IMG/VR virus record: IMGVR_UViG_3300042885_001472
DNA length: 64,000 nt
Direction: 5' to 3' (one strand)
Origin: a virus
Taxonomy: Duplodnaviria > Caudoviricetes
Shown: positions 29,001 through 38,903 of the stretch, piece by piece
How positions within the stretch are numbered: the stretch's first letter is position 1
Layout of the letters: each line of letters opens with the position of its first letter
Notes under the pieces: model-generated
What the model saw: the letters and a program-made list of their open reading frames with translations, nothing else
Database searches by the model: none
What the model was told of the DNA's origin: nothing
Made by a program: the position numbers and the translations under genes

Positions 29001-30833
29001 ATATCTGTTACTGAACTTGGATCACAAACAGAACTGACTAAAATATTAAATTCAATTAATTATTTTTATACAAATGAATTGATAGAATTAGTATCCTATA
29101 CACCAAATTTTTGGAATTTAAAAACGGATAGTCAATTTAAAATTGAAGAAGAAGTTTTAAATAATTATTTAAATGTTTTTACTGAAAAATATAGTCAATT
29201 AAATAGTGTAACTGTTACAACAACATCAAATTATTTAACACCTAGAAAATTAGATGATAAAGATATTAAATTAGCTACATATAAAACAGTAAAAAATTTA
29301 TATGATAAATGGATAGGTGGTACATTAGATGGAAAACCATTTAATGTTGGTGTAAATACCAGTAAATCAAATCAGAATCCATCATTATATTCTAGTTTTA
29401 GATTTATTGATCAAGATTATAATGACATATCTAGTGACGCTAAAATTAATTTAAAATCTGTATTATCTATTTTAGATAATCCAAATATGAATTTTTTATC
29501 ACTTATATCTAAAATATTAACTGATAATAATTTTTTATTACATAAACTACCAGTTTATGTTGATTATTCAGATATTGAAAGTGTTAAAGATATTTTTAGA
29601 GTATTCCCATCTATCACAAATGTTAATAGTGGTGTGTCTTATATAGCGATGTATGGAACTGGAAATTCAAAGTTATTAGATATACAAACTGGTTTTGATT
29701 ATAAAGGTGATGGATATGATTTTATAAATAGTAATACCGATTCTTCAGCGTTACCAGGTAACGTAACAAAAGATGGTAAAGGTAAAAATTTAGTTGCCTT
29801 TAGAGTTGGATTTGGTGATGAAAATCAAAGTATATTTAAAAATATTAGAATAAGTCAAGAAGAAATGTCCGATACGGCAGAGTATTTTAAAGCGTTAAAC
29901 GATTTAACAAGTGAAAAGGGTGCGACAAATAGAGTGTTAAAAGGGGTTGATTTATATCATTTAAATTCTATTAGATCATATAATGTTAATATGGATATGA
30001 TGGGTAATGCTATGATACAACCATTAATGTATTTACAATTAGATAATATACCAATGTTCCATGGGGCTTATAGTGTGATTAATATTAATCATGAGATTAC
30101 CCCCAATAAAATGAATACAACAATTAGAGCTGTAAAACAATCTAAATATAGGACACCAATTGTTACTGAATCAACCACATTTGTACCACTTGACTTGAGT
30201 AAAGGATTAAATTTAAACTCTGGGTTTAATATTGCCACTGTAACTAATATTCAGAGTGATGTTTTAAGTACTAATACTATAGATTCTTTTACCCCACCGG
30301 TTGATGGTGAAGTAAAAATAACTAGTAAGAAGGGACTTAGAAATGGTAAACAACATAATGGTATTGATATTGGTGTTGCCGTTGGGACACCAATTAAAGC
30401 GTCATGGGATGGTAAAGTAAATAAATTTCTTCAAGGACCTAACGGAACTGAGGGTTATGGTTTATATGCGATAATTGACCATTCACTTGATGGTAGACCT
30501 TTTGATGATGGGTTTTATTATTATACATTATATGGACATTTAAATCAATGTAATTTATCAACTAATACAATAGTAAAAGGTAAACAAGCTTTTAGTCTTT
30601 CTGGTGGTGAAAAGGGTGAAAATAATAGCGGTAATTCAGGGGGACCCCATTTACATTTTGAAATAAGACGTAGTAGTGAAAAATTAATTGATATACGAAA
30701 TGGTTATGGTAGATTATCCGGTTCAAATATTTTAAACCCTGAGGATTTTATTAAAAAATCTGATCAAAAAATTGTGAGTGGAGCACCTAATCATGGTCAA
30801 TTAGGTAGTACATCTAGTGGGGTTATAGCCTAA
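26010..30833 (+). CDS. Baseplate hub protein (gp27/VgrG-like) fused to a C-terminal M23 peptidase
   Basis: M23: HNGIDIG..VGTPIKA...GYG...IDH...YTLYGHL...GNSGGPHLHFEIR (about 30290-30750); hub-like FGIKSISISY...YPIFELTVKGYYG and MMGNAMIQPLMY...GAYSVININHEI. Confidence 0.8.
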   Translation: MVEASKIGVSNGASITVVDPNPSGSGIIPMEDLFIYVSLRIKPKSRSVLEVTGRVNDINNEEGVVLNLIGTKTDDPLKNEYMTTDWSNTGGPLGGRKNNETFGIKSISISYGADLLPVVNMTFIDVKGASFFDGFEKTSTTGIKSNNSDFSSFFKIPYPIFELTVKGYYGKAVKYYLNMTKWTAAFSEGNFEIKASFLGYSTSFFSDILMDHVRAIVETDSGRIELKKVFKNKDVVTINEMLRNIGNVGKYLEDIKAKNNKQNDQGYGELINLNETLSSLSNIRNKIGIPIQKLTSSDVDYFKLEGPYISYDGLSPRSNIFAFRDIILIPNGNGKTLETYNKFRDDIVSQMKKYDESLQLIGGGKYTDSYGISKNSGKKIDEIFPILKESNEDVKTVVTSINKILVEGTNGRPKDEGYIKSEEYSKPPFEFTGVTDTIKIDEKANMYDFYKIRDVVNQIYNNLIEKRKNFADEVTEKINKEISKKIGFNPSVGDVFEILCNNVEAYINTIYTVSLNAENKNDGRVAAFNGIESDTTSKSDKNNKDKRIYPWPMVYVDDVEKYIGDVKNISSKEEAFPEIMFVEEIIAAQIKENDKTNEIVIPLPNSKRSFPINPADFANTLDPYPFNVSNANPRVLDNLLSSIINRAVISYDYSCLKDNINDIAKLEAAALFSSIFDNIDRNAINRYLENNKLNYFGIPTVKKNLSITKTGSTYYFGETLDLNDTYKNISSTIIDSKTIFFDTSISISPLTSRFLNQNNYDLITNVKNSLGEKNVSDVFTPKKGDMEFNTTYYSVEQNLTKMCWDDSVLGGKSYPQTDKLLEYVGKVKDGITQKIYNLSQSPSYLNYSSTTVTQTLYNDLPENQFKGMMILSTYPFKGIDKLVENLTDISKVVNVPFPYLAWIGAQMKRQELFIKNNDVDLIKSWFNVNNEFSPDQIGDKNDYLWLSSKTNNKGKLPTPFNDYTLFNPNINQVFITVFENWCTLANECGLIDYYDGPISVTELGSQTELTKILNSINYFYTNELIELVSYTPNFWNLKTDSQFKIEEEVLNNYLNVFTEKYSQLNSVTVTTTSNYLTPRKLDDKDIKLATYKTVKNLYDKWIGGTLDGKPFNVGVNTSKSNQNPSLYSSFRFIDQDYNDISSDAKINLKSVLSILDNPNMNFLSLISKILTDNNFLLHKLPVYVDYSDIESVKDIFRVFPSITNVNSGVSYIAMYGTGNSKLLDIQTGFDYKGDGYDFINSNTDSSALPGNVTKDGKGKNLVAFRVGFGDENQSIFKNIRISQEEMSDTAEYFKALNDLTSEKGATNRVLKGVDLYHLNSIRSYNVNMDMMGNAMIQPLMYLQLDNIPMFHGAYSVININHEITPNKMNTTIRAVKQSKYRTPIVTESTTFVPLDLSKGLNLNSGFNIATVTNIQSDVLSTNTIDSFTPPVDGEVKITSKKGLRNGKQHNGIDIGVAVGTPIKASWDGKVNKFLQGPNGTEGYGLYAIIDHSLDGRPFDDGFYYYTLYGHLNQCNLSTNTIVKGKQAFSLSGGEKGENNSGNSGGPHLHFEIRRSSEKLIDIRNGYGRLSGSNILNPEDFIKKSDQKIVSGAPNHGQLGSTSSGVIA

Positions 30834-30870
30834 GGTTGTTATTATAAAAAATAATTACTATATTTAGTGT

Positions 30871-31488
30871 ATGGTATTAGGTTATATTATTTCAGAGGAA
30901 AAGATAGAAGTTGAAAATTTTGTCAATTTAAATTCATTAATTGATATTGATGATGAATTACCAAGATTAATTGTTGGTAGAGAATTTAGTAAAACTTTAG
31001 GTTTGAAACCATCTATTTTAAATAAAAAGATGAGTAAGTATAGTTACTGGACATATTCCTCTACCGAGAAGAAGTCTGAATATACTGATGATTTAGAGTT
31101 ATTTAAAAAAATATCTATAGATTTATTTCTAAGTAAAGTAAAATATTTTTACATAGATCCATTCAATTTAACCTTAACACAAATAAAACGATTGATAACC
31201 AAAGTTAATGGTGTTACCAATGGTTTAATTTATTATGATACAAAAATGTGTTATGTTTTTTATGATGGTATGACTTATGGTATTAATTGGGATGTTATGG
31301 AGTATTTAGGGTTGGGGAAACAAAGGTTAATAAATTACTTAAAAGATAAAAATTTTAAGATTTTACATAAAGATGAAATATTTAATAAGTGTATGTTTGA
31401 GACTAATAATATTAAGGTTTTACCGTACTTACACTATTTAAAAACATATGAACAACAAGATCTTATTAGCGTCCTTCATCACAGTTAA
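30871..31488 (+). CDS. Hypothetical protein
   Basis: 205-aa ORF with its own TTGTTA-N17-TATATT upstream element. Confidence 0.55.
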   Translation: MVLGYIISEEKIEVENFVNLNSLIDIDDELPRLIVGREFSKTLGLKPSILNKKMSKYSYWTYSSTEKKSEYTDDLELFKKISIDLFLSKVKYFYIDPFNLTLTQIKRLITKVNGVTNGLIYYDTKMCYVFYDGMTYGINWDVMEYLGLGKQRLINYLKDKNFKILHKDEIFNKCMFETNNIKVLPYLHYLKTYEQQDLISVLHHS

Positions 31489-31843
31489 ACAATCTGACGA
31501 TTTCTTTAATAAATTAGACACTTTATTTTCAATAAAAAAAGATAAGACATTCATTTTTAGTTTAGGTGAAAATTTAATGGTCACTTTTAAATTAACCTCA
31601 ACAAATGATTTAAAAGAAGTTATTAAGACTAAATTAAAAAACACGATACAAATCCACAAAAAGAGTAATAGTTTTTACACAATAAACGCTTTGAATAAAT
31701 TAATCCAAAGAGATTTTAATTTGGTGGATGGTAATATAGATTATAAATCTTATTCCATTGATTGGGATAAATACCAAGATAAGTTATTTTTACTAAAAGA
31801 GGGTGAATTACTAATTCAAGATATAAAAAAAGTAATTTTATGA
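31448..31843 (+). CDS. Hypothetical protein
   Basis: 131-aa ORF overlapping the upstream gene; IHKKSNSFYTINALN motif. Confidence 0.55.
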   Translation: MNNKILLASFITVKQSDDFFNKLDTLFSIKKDKTFIFSLGENLMVTFKLTSTNDLKEVIKTKLKNTIQIHKKSNSFYTINALNKLIQRDFNLVDGNIDYKSYSIDWDKYQDKLFLLKEGELLIQDIKKVIL

Positions 31844-31889
31844 TTTAACAGATATTTATAATGAAATAAGATTACTAATATATAAAAAT

Positions 31890-32081
31890 ATGGATAATAA
31901 TAAAAAAAATGTTGATGAAAAAGGGATTGTTAACACCCTTGAAAACTTCTTATCTAATGATAAAAGTGATAAAAATGTTGAATGTACTGGTGACGTTTGT
32001 TATGTAAATGATGGTAAAGAACTTGTAGAACGAATTGAAAAAAAATTAGTTACCAGTGATGGTAGAAGATTGTTAATATAA
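31890..32081 (+). CDS. Small hypothetical protein
   Basis: 63 aa, CxxxxC and VERIEKKLVTSDGRRLL; preceded by GATATTTAT. Confidence 0.5.
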   Translation: MDNNKKNVDEKGIVNTLENFLSNDKSDKNVECTGDVCYVNDGKELVERIEKKLVTSDGRRLLI

Positions 32082-32102
32082 TAAGAATTAATCATATACC
32101 AA

Positions 32103-32789
32103 ATGTCAAAAAATTTAAAATCAGATTTATCAGAAACTCTAAAGAGATATAACTTATTAACAGAATATAAATTCTATGTCCCTCGTATGGATGAAGAAAA
32201 TTATGACCAAGATGATATATTCTTAGATGAACAAGATGTCCCTATGGATGATGTTCCAACTGAAGAAGTACCTACTGAAGATGTTCCAATGGAAGAACCA
32301 ACAACCCCAGAGATGGGTGTGACACCAGAACCAACTATGGATACGACAACTCCCCCTATGGGTGGTGAAGTTGAAGTGGATGTAACAGATATCGTAAAAG
32401 ATACTAAAGAAACTAAAGACGCGGTTAATAGTGGTAATCAAAAAGTTGATGAGTTATTAAATAAATTAAAAGATTTAGAAACTAAATTAGCGTCAATGGA
32501 TAGTTTAACAGCTAAAATTGATAATTTAGAAAGTGAGTTTGAAAAAAGAAATCCTACACCAGAAGAAAAATTGGAAATGAGATCATTAGATTCTTTTCCA
32601 TATAATCTTAAATTAACTGATTATTGGGCTGGTAAAGAAGGAGCTTACAATGTTTTAAATAATGATAATAACAATTTAACTTCAATGGGTAAACAACCCG
32701 CTGAAAAAGAATATGTATTAACACGAGATGAAATAGAAAAAGATTACAGTGAAGGTGATGTTTCTGATTCATTTTATCCGGAAGATTAA
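32103..32789 (+). CDS. Acidic coiled-coil protein, candidate prohead core/scaffold-type
   Basis: LSETLKRYNLLTEY N-terminus; (D/E)VP(M/T)(D/E) x4 repeat; heptad region VDELLNKLKDLETKLASMDSLTAKIDNLE. Confidence 0.45.
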   Translation: MSKNLKSDLSETLKRYNLLTEYKFYVPRMDEENYDQDDIFLDEQDVPMDDVPTEEVPTEDVPMEEPTTPEMGVTPEPTMDTTTPPMGGEVEVDVTDIVKDTKETKDAVNSGNQKVDELLNKLKDLETKLASMDSLTAKIDNLESEFEKRNPTPEEKLEMRSLDSFPYNLKLTDYWAGKEGAYNVLNNDNNNLTSMGKQPAEKEYVLTRDEIEKDYSEGDVSDSFYPED

Positions 32790-32810
32790 TAATTTTTTAA
32801 AAAAAAGACT

Positions 32811-32840
32811 AAGGGGACTTTACAGTCTCCTTTTTTTTTA
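32811..32840 (+). terminator. Rho-independent terminator
   Basis: AAGGGGAC-TTTACA-GTCTCCTT stem followed by a long T-run. Confidence 0.8.
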
Positions 32841-32849
32841 CTATATTTG
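32819..32849 (+). promoter_or_regulatory. Host-type promoter of the SSB-RecA-exonuclease operon
   Basis: TTTACA (32819)-N17-TATATTTG (32842); fits TAnnTTTG (-7) with an upstream -33/-35 element. Confidence 0.65.
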
Positions 32850-32886
32850 TTGAAATAGAATGTTTAATTAATTAAAATTAGTAAAA

Positions 32887-33810
32887 ATGTCAGAAAAAAC
32901 AAGTTCATTACAATCGATTCTCGATCAGTATGAAAAAAACAAGTCATCACAAAGTGGTGGAGGATTTGAAAGAAAGGAAGTAGATCTTACCAAGTATTTC
33001 TCCGAAAAATTAAGAGAAGGTCAAAAATCAGATGAGAAACGAGTGAGAATCTTACCTACAAAAGATGGTTCACCTTTCACTGAAGCTCATTGGCACGAAC
33101 TTCAAATTAACAAACAGTATAGTAAAATTTATTGTACTAAGAAAAATGATGGCACTAGATGTCCATTATGTGAGGCTCATGAAGCTTTAAAAATGACTGG
33201 TAACGCGACAGACAAAGAACTCGCTAAACAGTTCGCACCAAGATTATTCTACATCACTAAAGTGATTGATAGAGATAAAGAATCTGAAGGTGTTAAATTT
33301 TGGAGATTCAAACATTATTATAATGGTGAGGGTGTATTTGATAAATTAATCCCAATCATTAAAAAAAGAGGTGACATCCAAGACGCTAGAACAGGTAGAG
33401 ATATCACTATGACTTTGGAGAGAGATTCAAAAGGTAGAAGTAAATTAACTTCAATTATGGATGAAGATCCTTCTTTATTAACAGATCCTAAATCTGAGTA
33501 CGCAAAAGTTTGGATGACGAATGAAGAAACATATAAAGATGTTTATCGTCCAAAAAGTATTGAGTATATGGAAATCATCGCAAAAGGTTTAGAACCAGTT
33601 TGGGATAAGGAACAAAAGAAATTTGTTTCTAAAGATGATTTAGATAGTAAACCAGGTGGGAGTTTAGAATCTGAAATTAAAATGATGACTTCTGGTACTA
33701 AAAGTACACCGGTAGTTAAAAAACCAAGTCCAGTTGTTGATGAGGTTAGTGAGGAAGAAGTAGATTTAGTTGAAACTGAAGCTACTGATGATGATGAATT
33801 ACCATTTTAA
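32887..33810 (+). CDS. ssb: Single-stranded DNA-binding protein (T4 gp32-like)
   Basis: VRILP...PF...HWH...YC..K.DG..CPLCE Zn motif; GVKFWRF; IQDARTGRDI; acidic tail ending DDDELPF. Confidence 0.85.
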   Translation: MSEKTSSLQSILDQYEKNKSSQSGGGFERKEVDLTKYFSEKLREGQKSDEKRVRILPTKDGSPFTEAHWHELQINKQYSKIYCTKKNDGTRCPLCEAHEALKMTGNATDKELAKQFAPRLFYITKVIDRDKESEGVKFWRFKHYYNGEGVFDKLIPIIKKRGDIQDARTGRDITMTLERDSKGRSKLTSIMDEDPSLLTDPKSEYAKVWMTNEETYKDVYRPKSIEYMEIIAKGLEPVWDKEQKKFVSKDDLDSKPGGSLESEIKMMTSGTKSTPVVKKPSPVVDEVSEEEVDLVETEATDDDELPF

Positions 33811-33836
33811 TTTTAAAAATATAAAAATATAAAAAT

Positions 33837-34952
33837 ATGTCAGTCGAAAAAAGACCTAAAAAATCCACTAGTGGAATAAAAAAACAAGAATTTAATCTAA
33901 CCGAATTTAAAAAAGGTGTCGGTTTAAATTCATCTGTTAAAGATAAAGAATTGAGTTGGATTCCATTTTCACCAGCTTTTCACGAAGCTACAGGTGTACC
34001 TGGAATTCCTAAAGGATACGTGTCATTGAGTAGAGGTTTCAGTAATACTGGTAAATCAACCTCTATTTATGAAGCGGTTGTTTCTTGTCAAAAAATAGGT
34101 ATCTTACCTATTATTATTGACACTGAGAATAACTGGAGTTGGGATCACGCTAAATGTATTGGTGTTGATTTTAATGAAGTCGCTGATGAGAATGGTGAAG
34201 TTGTTGATTATGAAGGTTTTTTTATGTTCATCAACAATAAAACATTATTTGATAAGTACGGTAAGTTTCACCACGATGAAGGTGTTTACAAACAAAAAGA
34301 ATTCCGTAGAAAAGCTTGTATTGAAGATATTTCTTTATTCATTGAAGACTTATTAGATTTACAACAAAAAGAAGAGTTACCATATGAATTATGTTTTTTA
34401 TGGGATTCTATTGGAACTATTGATTGTTTTAGATCTGTTGTCGCCAAAACTAAGAATAATATGTGGAACGCAGGGGCATTGGAAACCGCGTTTAAAGGTA
34501 TCTTAAATAATGATATACCTTCTTCACGAAAAGAAGATTCAAAATATACTAACACATTCTTAGCGGTTCAAAAGATTTGGATTGATAATATGAATGGTGG
34601 TGGTGTTAAACACAAAGGTGGTGAAGGATTCTTTTACGGAGCTCGTTTTATTTTACACTTTGGTGGTGTTATTGGTCACGGAACTGAAACATTAACCGCA
34701 AGTAAAGGTGATAAAAAATATGGATTTGGTGTTCAATCTAAAGTTAAAGTTTGGAAAAACCAAGTTAATGGCATCACGTTTGAAGGTAAAATATGTTCAG
34801 TACCACATGGTTTCTGGAGTCCGGACAAGTTAAACGAATATAAAGATAAATATAAACCTTACTTACTTGAAAAATTAGGTATGGAATATGGTGACTTTAA
34901 TATCGAAACTGAACTAGTTTCAGACGCATCAGGATTATACGCAGAAGATTAA
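33837..34952 (+). CDS. recA: RecA/UvsX-like recombinase
   Basis: GVPGIPKGYVSLSRGFSNTGKST (Walker A); IIIDTEN; FLWDSIG (Walker B); GGEGFFYGAR; KVKVWKNQV. Confidence 0.88.
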   Translation: MSVEKRPKKSTSGIKKQEFNLTEFKKGVGLNSSVKDKELSWIPFSPAFHEATGVPGIPKGYVSLSRGFSNTGKSTSIYEAVVSCQKIGILPIIIDTENNWSWDHAKCIGVDFNEVADENGEVVDYEGFFMFINNKTLFDKYGKFHHDEGVYKQKEFRRKACIEDISLFIEDLLDLQQKEELPYELCFLWDSIGTIDCFRSVVAKTKNNMWNAGALETAFKGILNNDIPSSRKEDSKYTNTFLAVQKIWIDNMNGGGVKHKGGEGFFYGARFILHFGGVIGHGTETLTASKGDKKYGFGVQSKVKVWKNQVNGITFEGKICSVPHGFWSPDKLNEYKDKYKPYLLEKLGMEYGDFNIETELVSDASGLYAED

Positions 34953-34978
34953 TTATTTAACCATTTAACACTTTAAAA

Positions 34979-36034
34979 GTGAAAAGACCACCGAGGTACA
35001 AAGACAAAATTGAAATTAAAGTACCTGAAACTATACTTGTAGATGGTAACGCACTATTAAATGTGGCGTATCATGGAGCTAAAAATCTATATAATAGTGA
35101 TGGTATTCACATTGGTGGGTTATTTCAATTCTTTACAATTCTTAGGAAAATAGTATTGGATCAAGAACCAAGTAAATTATTTGTATTTTGGGATGGTATG
35201 TGTAGTGGTAGATTGAGGTATGAAATCTATAAAGATTATAAGGCTAATAGGGAAAAGAATTTTGAATACCATTTAGATTCTGATGATCCAATTAGAGAGT
35301 CTCAAAAATTAAGAATTAAACAATACGCTGAGGAACTTTTTATTAGACAATACCAAGATGATATCGTTGAAGCTGATGATTGTATTGCTTATTATTGTAA
35401 TACAATGTCACCATACGAAAAGATTACGATCTGTACTGGAGATAAGGATCTTTGTCAACTAATAGATGACAATGTTAGAATTTATTTTTTATCAAAGAAA
35501 AAATTTATAACAAAAGAAAATTATCTCTCAGTATTTGATCATCATCAAGAAAATGCTACTTTAGTTAAAGTTATTACTGGAGATTCTTCTGATAATATTA
35601 AAGGTGTTAAAGGAGTACAAGAAAAAACTTTAATAAAATTAATTCCGGGTATTATACAAAAAAAAGTGACTATTGACGAAATTTTTACTATACTTAAGGA
35701 AGAACAAAGTAAAAGGAAAAAACCGCTTAAAGTTATTGATAATATTCTAAATGGGATAACCGATGGTATCCAGGGAGACAAATTATATGAAATAAACCAA
35801 AAAATAATAAATTTAAAAGAACCATTACTAACAGAAAAAGTGATTAACGAAATTAATGATTTAATAGATTCACCAATTGATCCTGAAGGTAGAGATAATA
35901 AAAATTTATTTAGAATGATGAGTGAAGATAAATTTTTAAAAGAAATACCTGGGAAAGAAAATGGATATATTGAATATTTTAAACCGTTTTTAAAATTAAT
36001 AAAAAAAGAAAAAGAATTATTTAACAACAATTAA
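34979..36034 (+). CDS. 5'-3' exonuclease/flap endonuclease (Pol I N-terminal / T4 RNase H family), GTG start
   Basis: LVDGNAL; VFWDG; RYEIYKDYKANR; EADDCIA; TGDKDLCQL; GDSSDNIKGVKGV. Confidence 0.93.
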   Translation: MKRPPRYKDKIEIKVPETILVDGNALLNVAYHGAKNLYNSDGIHIGGLFQFFTILRKIVLDQEPSKLFVFWDGMCSGRLRYEIYKDYKANREKNFEYHLDSDDPIRESQKLRIKQYAEELFIRQYQDDIVEADDCIAYYCNTMSPYEKITICTGDKDLCQLIDDNVRIYFLSKKKFITKENYLSVFDHHQENATLVKVITGDSSDNIKGVKGVQEKTLIKLIPGIIQKKVTIDEIFTILKEEQSKRKKPLKVIDNILNGITDGIQGDKLYEINQKIINLKEPLLTEKVINEINDLIDSPIDPEGRDNKNLFRMMSEDKFLKEIPGKENGYIEYFKPFLKLIKKEKELFNNN

Positions 36035-36035
36035 T

Positions 36036-36494
36036 ATGAAAAAAGAAATCGAAAAACTACCTTACGAATTTATTCTGTACATTAACAATAATATTGTATG
36101 TCAAAGATACTTCAATGTTAAAGGATTTAACCATAAATCAATAAATTCATATGAAATTAGAGAAGTCATTGAAGACTCTTGTGATATCATCAAAAGAGAT
36201 TTGAAAAAGAAAACTTTAGAATATCTTTGGAAGTTTTTCAACTCTTATGTTGAACAAAAAACTGAAGAAATTGATAGAAGAAATGTCTATGAAAATGAAG
36301 ATTTCTTTGATTTAGAGATAAAATTTGATGATAATGGCGACCGAAAAACAATTGCTATGCAACGATTCACTGGGAATGTTTATCCACCAAAAGTACGTTA
36401 CTCTGTGGATATCAGAGAGTTAATACCAAGTATTATTTCAAATATTCAAGAAGGTTTGAGTAGAAAAAATTACAATGTAATAGAAACCATATAG
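36036..36494 (+). CDS. Hypothetical protein between exonuclease and helicase
   Basis: 152-aa ORF coupled by TAATATG; YPPKVRYSVDIR motif. Confidence 0.6.
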   Translation: MKKEIEKLPYEFILYINNNIVCQRYFNVKGFNHKSINSYEIREVIEDSCDIIKRDLKKKTLEYLWKFFNSYVEQKTEEIDRRNVYENEDFFDLEIKFDDNGDRKTIAMQRFTGNVYPPKVRYSVDIRELIPSIISNIQEGLSRKNYNVIETI

Positions 36495-36530
36495 TAAAAA
36501 CAAGATATTTATAATAAAATAAGTTTTAAA

Positions 36531-37931
36531 ATGACAAATAAAAGTACAGACAGTTTAGGTTATTTAGGTCACACATTTCAATTAAAATTATTAAATCAGA
36601 TATTATTAGATGATAAGTTTTCATCAACGATAATCGATGTTTTAGATCCAACTTATTTTGATAATGAATACCTTAGATTAATTTCTAGTAAAATTAAAGA
36701 TTACCACGAAAAGTATGAAACAATACCAGAGGTTAACACTTTAGAACAAATGTTAATCGTTGAGATTAAAAGAGAAGTTACCAGACAACATACTTTAGAC
36801 TTATTAAATGAGGTTAAAGATATATCTCAAAAAGATAGTATTTATACCCAAGAAACTGGGTTGATGTTTTGTAAACAACAGGAGTTAAAAAAAGCTACTA
36901 AGAAAATTCAAAAAATTCTTGATATGGGTGATTTTGATCGATACCAAGAATGTGAAGAAATACTTAAACAAGCTTTAACTGTTGGTAATTTAAAAGATAA
37001 TGGGGTTGATATTTTTAGTGGTATTGATGATGTATTATCTGATGACTTCAGAAATCCAATCCCAACCGGTATTCATGGGTTAGACAATCTAATGGATGGT
37101 GGTTTATCTAAAGGTGAGTTAGGTGTTATATTAGCCCCATTTGGTGTTGGTAAAACAACTATGGTAACTAAGTTAGCTAATACAGCGTATAACTTAGGAT
37201 TTAATGTAGTCCAAATATTCTTTGAGGATAATCCTAAAGTAATACAGAGAAAACATTTTACGTGTTGGACTGGTGTTGAGTTAAATAAATTAAATGAAGA
37301 AAGAGAACGAGTTAAGTTTGAGGTTGAGAGTATTAAAGAAAATTCAACCGGAAACCTAATTTTAAAGAAATTCCCAAGTGATGGTACGACAATACCACAC
37401 ATCAAACAATACCTTAGAAAATTAACATCTGATGGGATTAGACCAGATATCGTATTACTTGATTATATTGATTGTGTACAACCATCTAAACGAGTTGATG
37501 ATGTAAACGTTGGTGAAGGTAATGTGATGAGAGAATTTGAATCTATGATTGATGAGTTAAGTCTTGTTGGTTGGACTGCGATACAAGGTAATAGAGGTTC
37601 AATTGGTGCTCAAGTAGTTGAAGCTAATATGATTGGTGGTTCTATTAAGAAAGGTCAGATTGGTCACTTTATAGTTTCTATAGCTAAAACATTAGATCAA
37701 AAAGAAGAGGGTAGAGCTACTATGGCGATTCTTAAATCTAGATTTGGTAAAGATGGTGTTATATTTGAAGATATTGTTTTTGATAATGGAACAATTTGTA
37801 TTGATACTACATCTTCAAGTGATGTTTCTTTCTTAAGTTTTGAGAAGGGGTTAGATAAAAAGAAATCAAATAGAATACAAGATGCTCTTAAACTAAGAGA
37901 AGAGTTTTTAAATAAAAATAAAAGTAATTAA
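36531..37931 (+). CDS. dnaB: DnaB/T4 gp41-like replicative helicase
   Basis: [35 protein letters not shown] (Walker A); FFED; IVLLDYID (Walker B); WTAIQGNR; ILKSRFG. Confidence 0.92.
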   Translation: MTNKSTDSLGYLGHTFQLKLLNQILLDDKFSSTIIDVLDPTYFDNEYLRLISSKIKDYHEKYETIPEVNTLEQMLIVEIKREVTRQHTLDLLNEVKDISQKDSIYTQETGLMFCKQQELKKATKKIQKILDMGDFDRYQECEEILKQALTVGNLKDNGVDIFSGIDDVLSDDFRNPIPTGIHGLDNLMDGGLSKGELGVILAPFGVGKTTMVTKLANTAYNLGFNVVQIFFEDNPKVIQRKHFTCWTGVELNKLNEERERVKFEVESIKENSTGNLILKKFPSDGTTIPHIKQYLRKLTSDGIRPDIVLLDYIDCVQPSKRVDDVNVGEGNVMREFESMIDELSLVGWTAIQGNRGSIGAQVVEANMIGGSIKKGQIGHFIVSIAKTLDQKEEGRATMAILKSRFGKDGVIFEDIVFDNGTICIDTTSSSDVSFLSFEKGLDKKKSNRIQDALKLREEFLNKNKSN

Positions 37932-37932
37932 T

Positions 37933-38883
37933 ATGGAACCAATACTAGTAACAAATCCTGATAGGTTTGTATTATTCCCAATTGAACATCAAGATTTGTG
38001 GGAATACTACAATATTGAAAAAGCTGCGATGTGGACAGCTGAAGAATTAGATTTATCAAAAGATATTGATCATTGGGAAAACAAATTAACTGATAATGAA
38101 AGATTTTTCATTAAAAATGTATTGGCTTTTTTCGCCGCGTCTGATGGTATTGTAAATGAAAATTTAGCTATCAATTTTTTAAATGAAGTACAATATACTG
38201 AAGCTAAGTTTTTTTATGGGTTTCAAATTATGATGGAGAATATACATAGTCATGTGTATTCTTTATTGATTGACACTTATATAAAGGATATTAAAGAAAG
38301 ACATAAATGTTTTAAGGCTATTGAGTACATGCCACCGGTTAAGAAGAAGGCTGATTGGGCTTTGAAATGGATTGAATCAGAATCATTTGTTGAAAGACTA
38401 TTAGCTTTTGTGGCGGTAGAAGGTATATTTTTTAGTGGTTCTTTTTGTAGTATATTCTATTTAAAGTCTAGAGGATTAATGCCGGGGTTATGTGATAGTA
38501 ACGCTTTCATATCAAGAGATGAAGCCTTACATTGTGATTTCGCGATACATTTATTAAACAATCATATTGTTAATAAACCATCTAAAGAAAAAATAAAGGA
38601 GATATTATTATCTGCGTTAGATATTGAAAAAGAATTTATATTAGAATCATTACCAGTATCACTTATTGGTATGAACGCTGATTTAATGAAACAATATTTG
38701 GAGTTTGTTGTTGATGGTTTACTATCAACACTCAATTGTGAAAAAGTATTTAACACAAAAAATCCATTTGAATTTATGAATCAAATTGCGTTAAAAACAA
38801 AACAAAACTTTTTTGAGGGGAGATCTACAGAATATAAAGCCGCTGATTTATCAGGACCAATATCATTTGACGAAGAAATTTAA
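37933..38883 (+). CDS. nrdB: Ribonucleotide reductase class Ia beta subunit
   Basis: FVLFPI...[11 protein letters not shown]...[12 protein letters not shown]...MENIHS..Y...EGIFFSGSF...ISRDEALH...NFFE. Confidence 0.97.
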   Translation: MEPILVTNPDRFVLFPIEHQDLWEYYNIEKAAMWTAEELDLSKDIDHWENKLTDNERFFIKNVLAFFAASDGIVNENLAINFLNEVQYTEAKFFYGFQIMMENIHSHVYSLLIDTYIKDIKERHKCFKAIEYMPPVKKKADWALKWIESESFVERLLAFVAVEGIFFSGSFCSIFYLKSRGLMPGLCDSNAFISRDEALHCDFAIHLLNNHIVNKPSKEKIKEILLSALDIEKEFILESLPVSLIGMNADLMKQYLEFVVDGLLSTLNCEKVFNTKNPFEFMNQIALKTKQNFFEGRSTEYKAADLSGPISFDEEI

Positions 38884-38903
38884 ATTTTAAAAAAAATAAT
38901 TAT

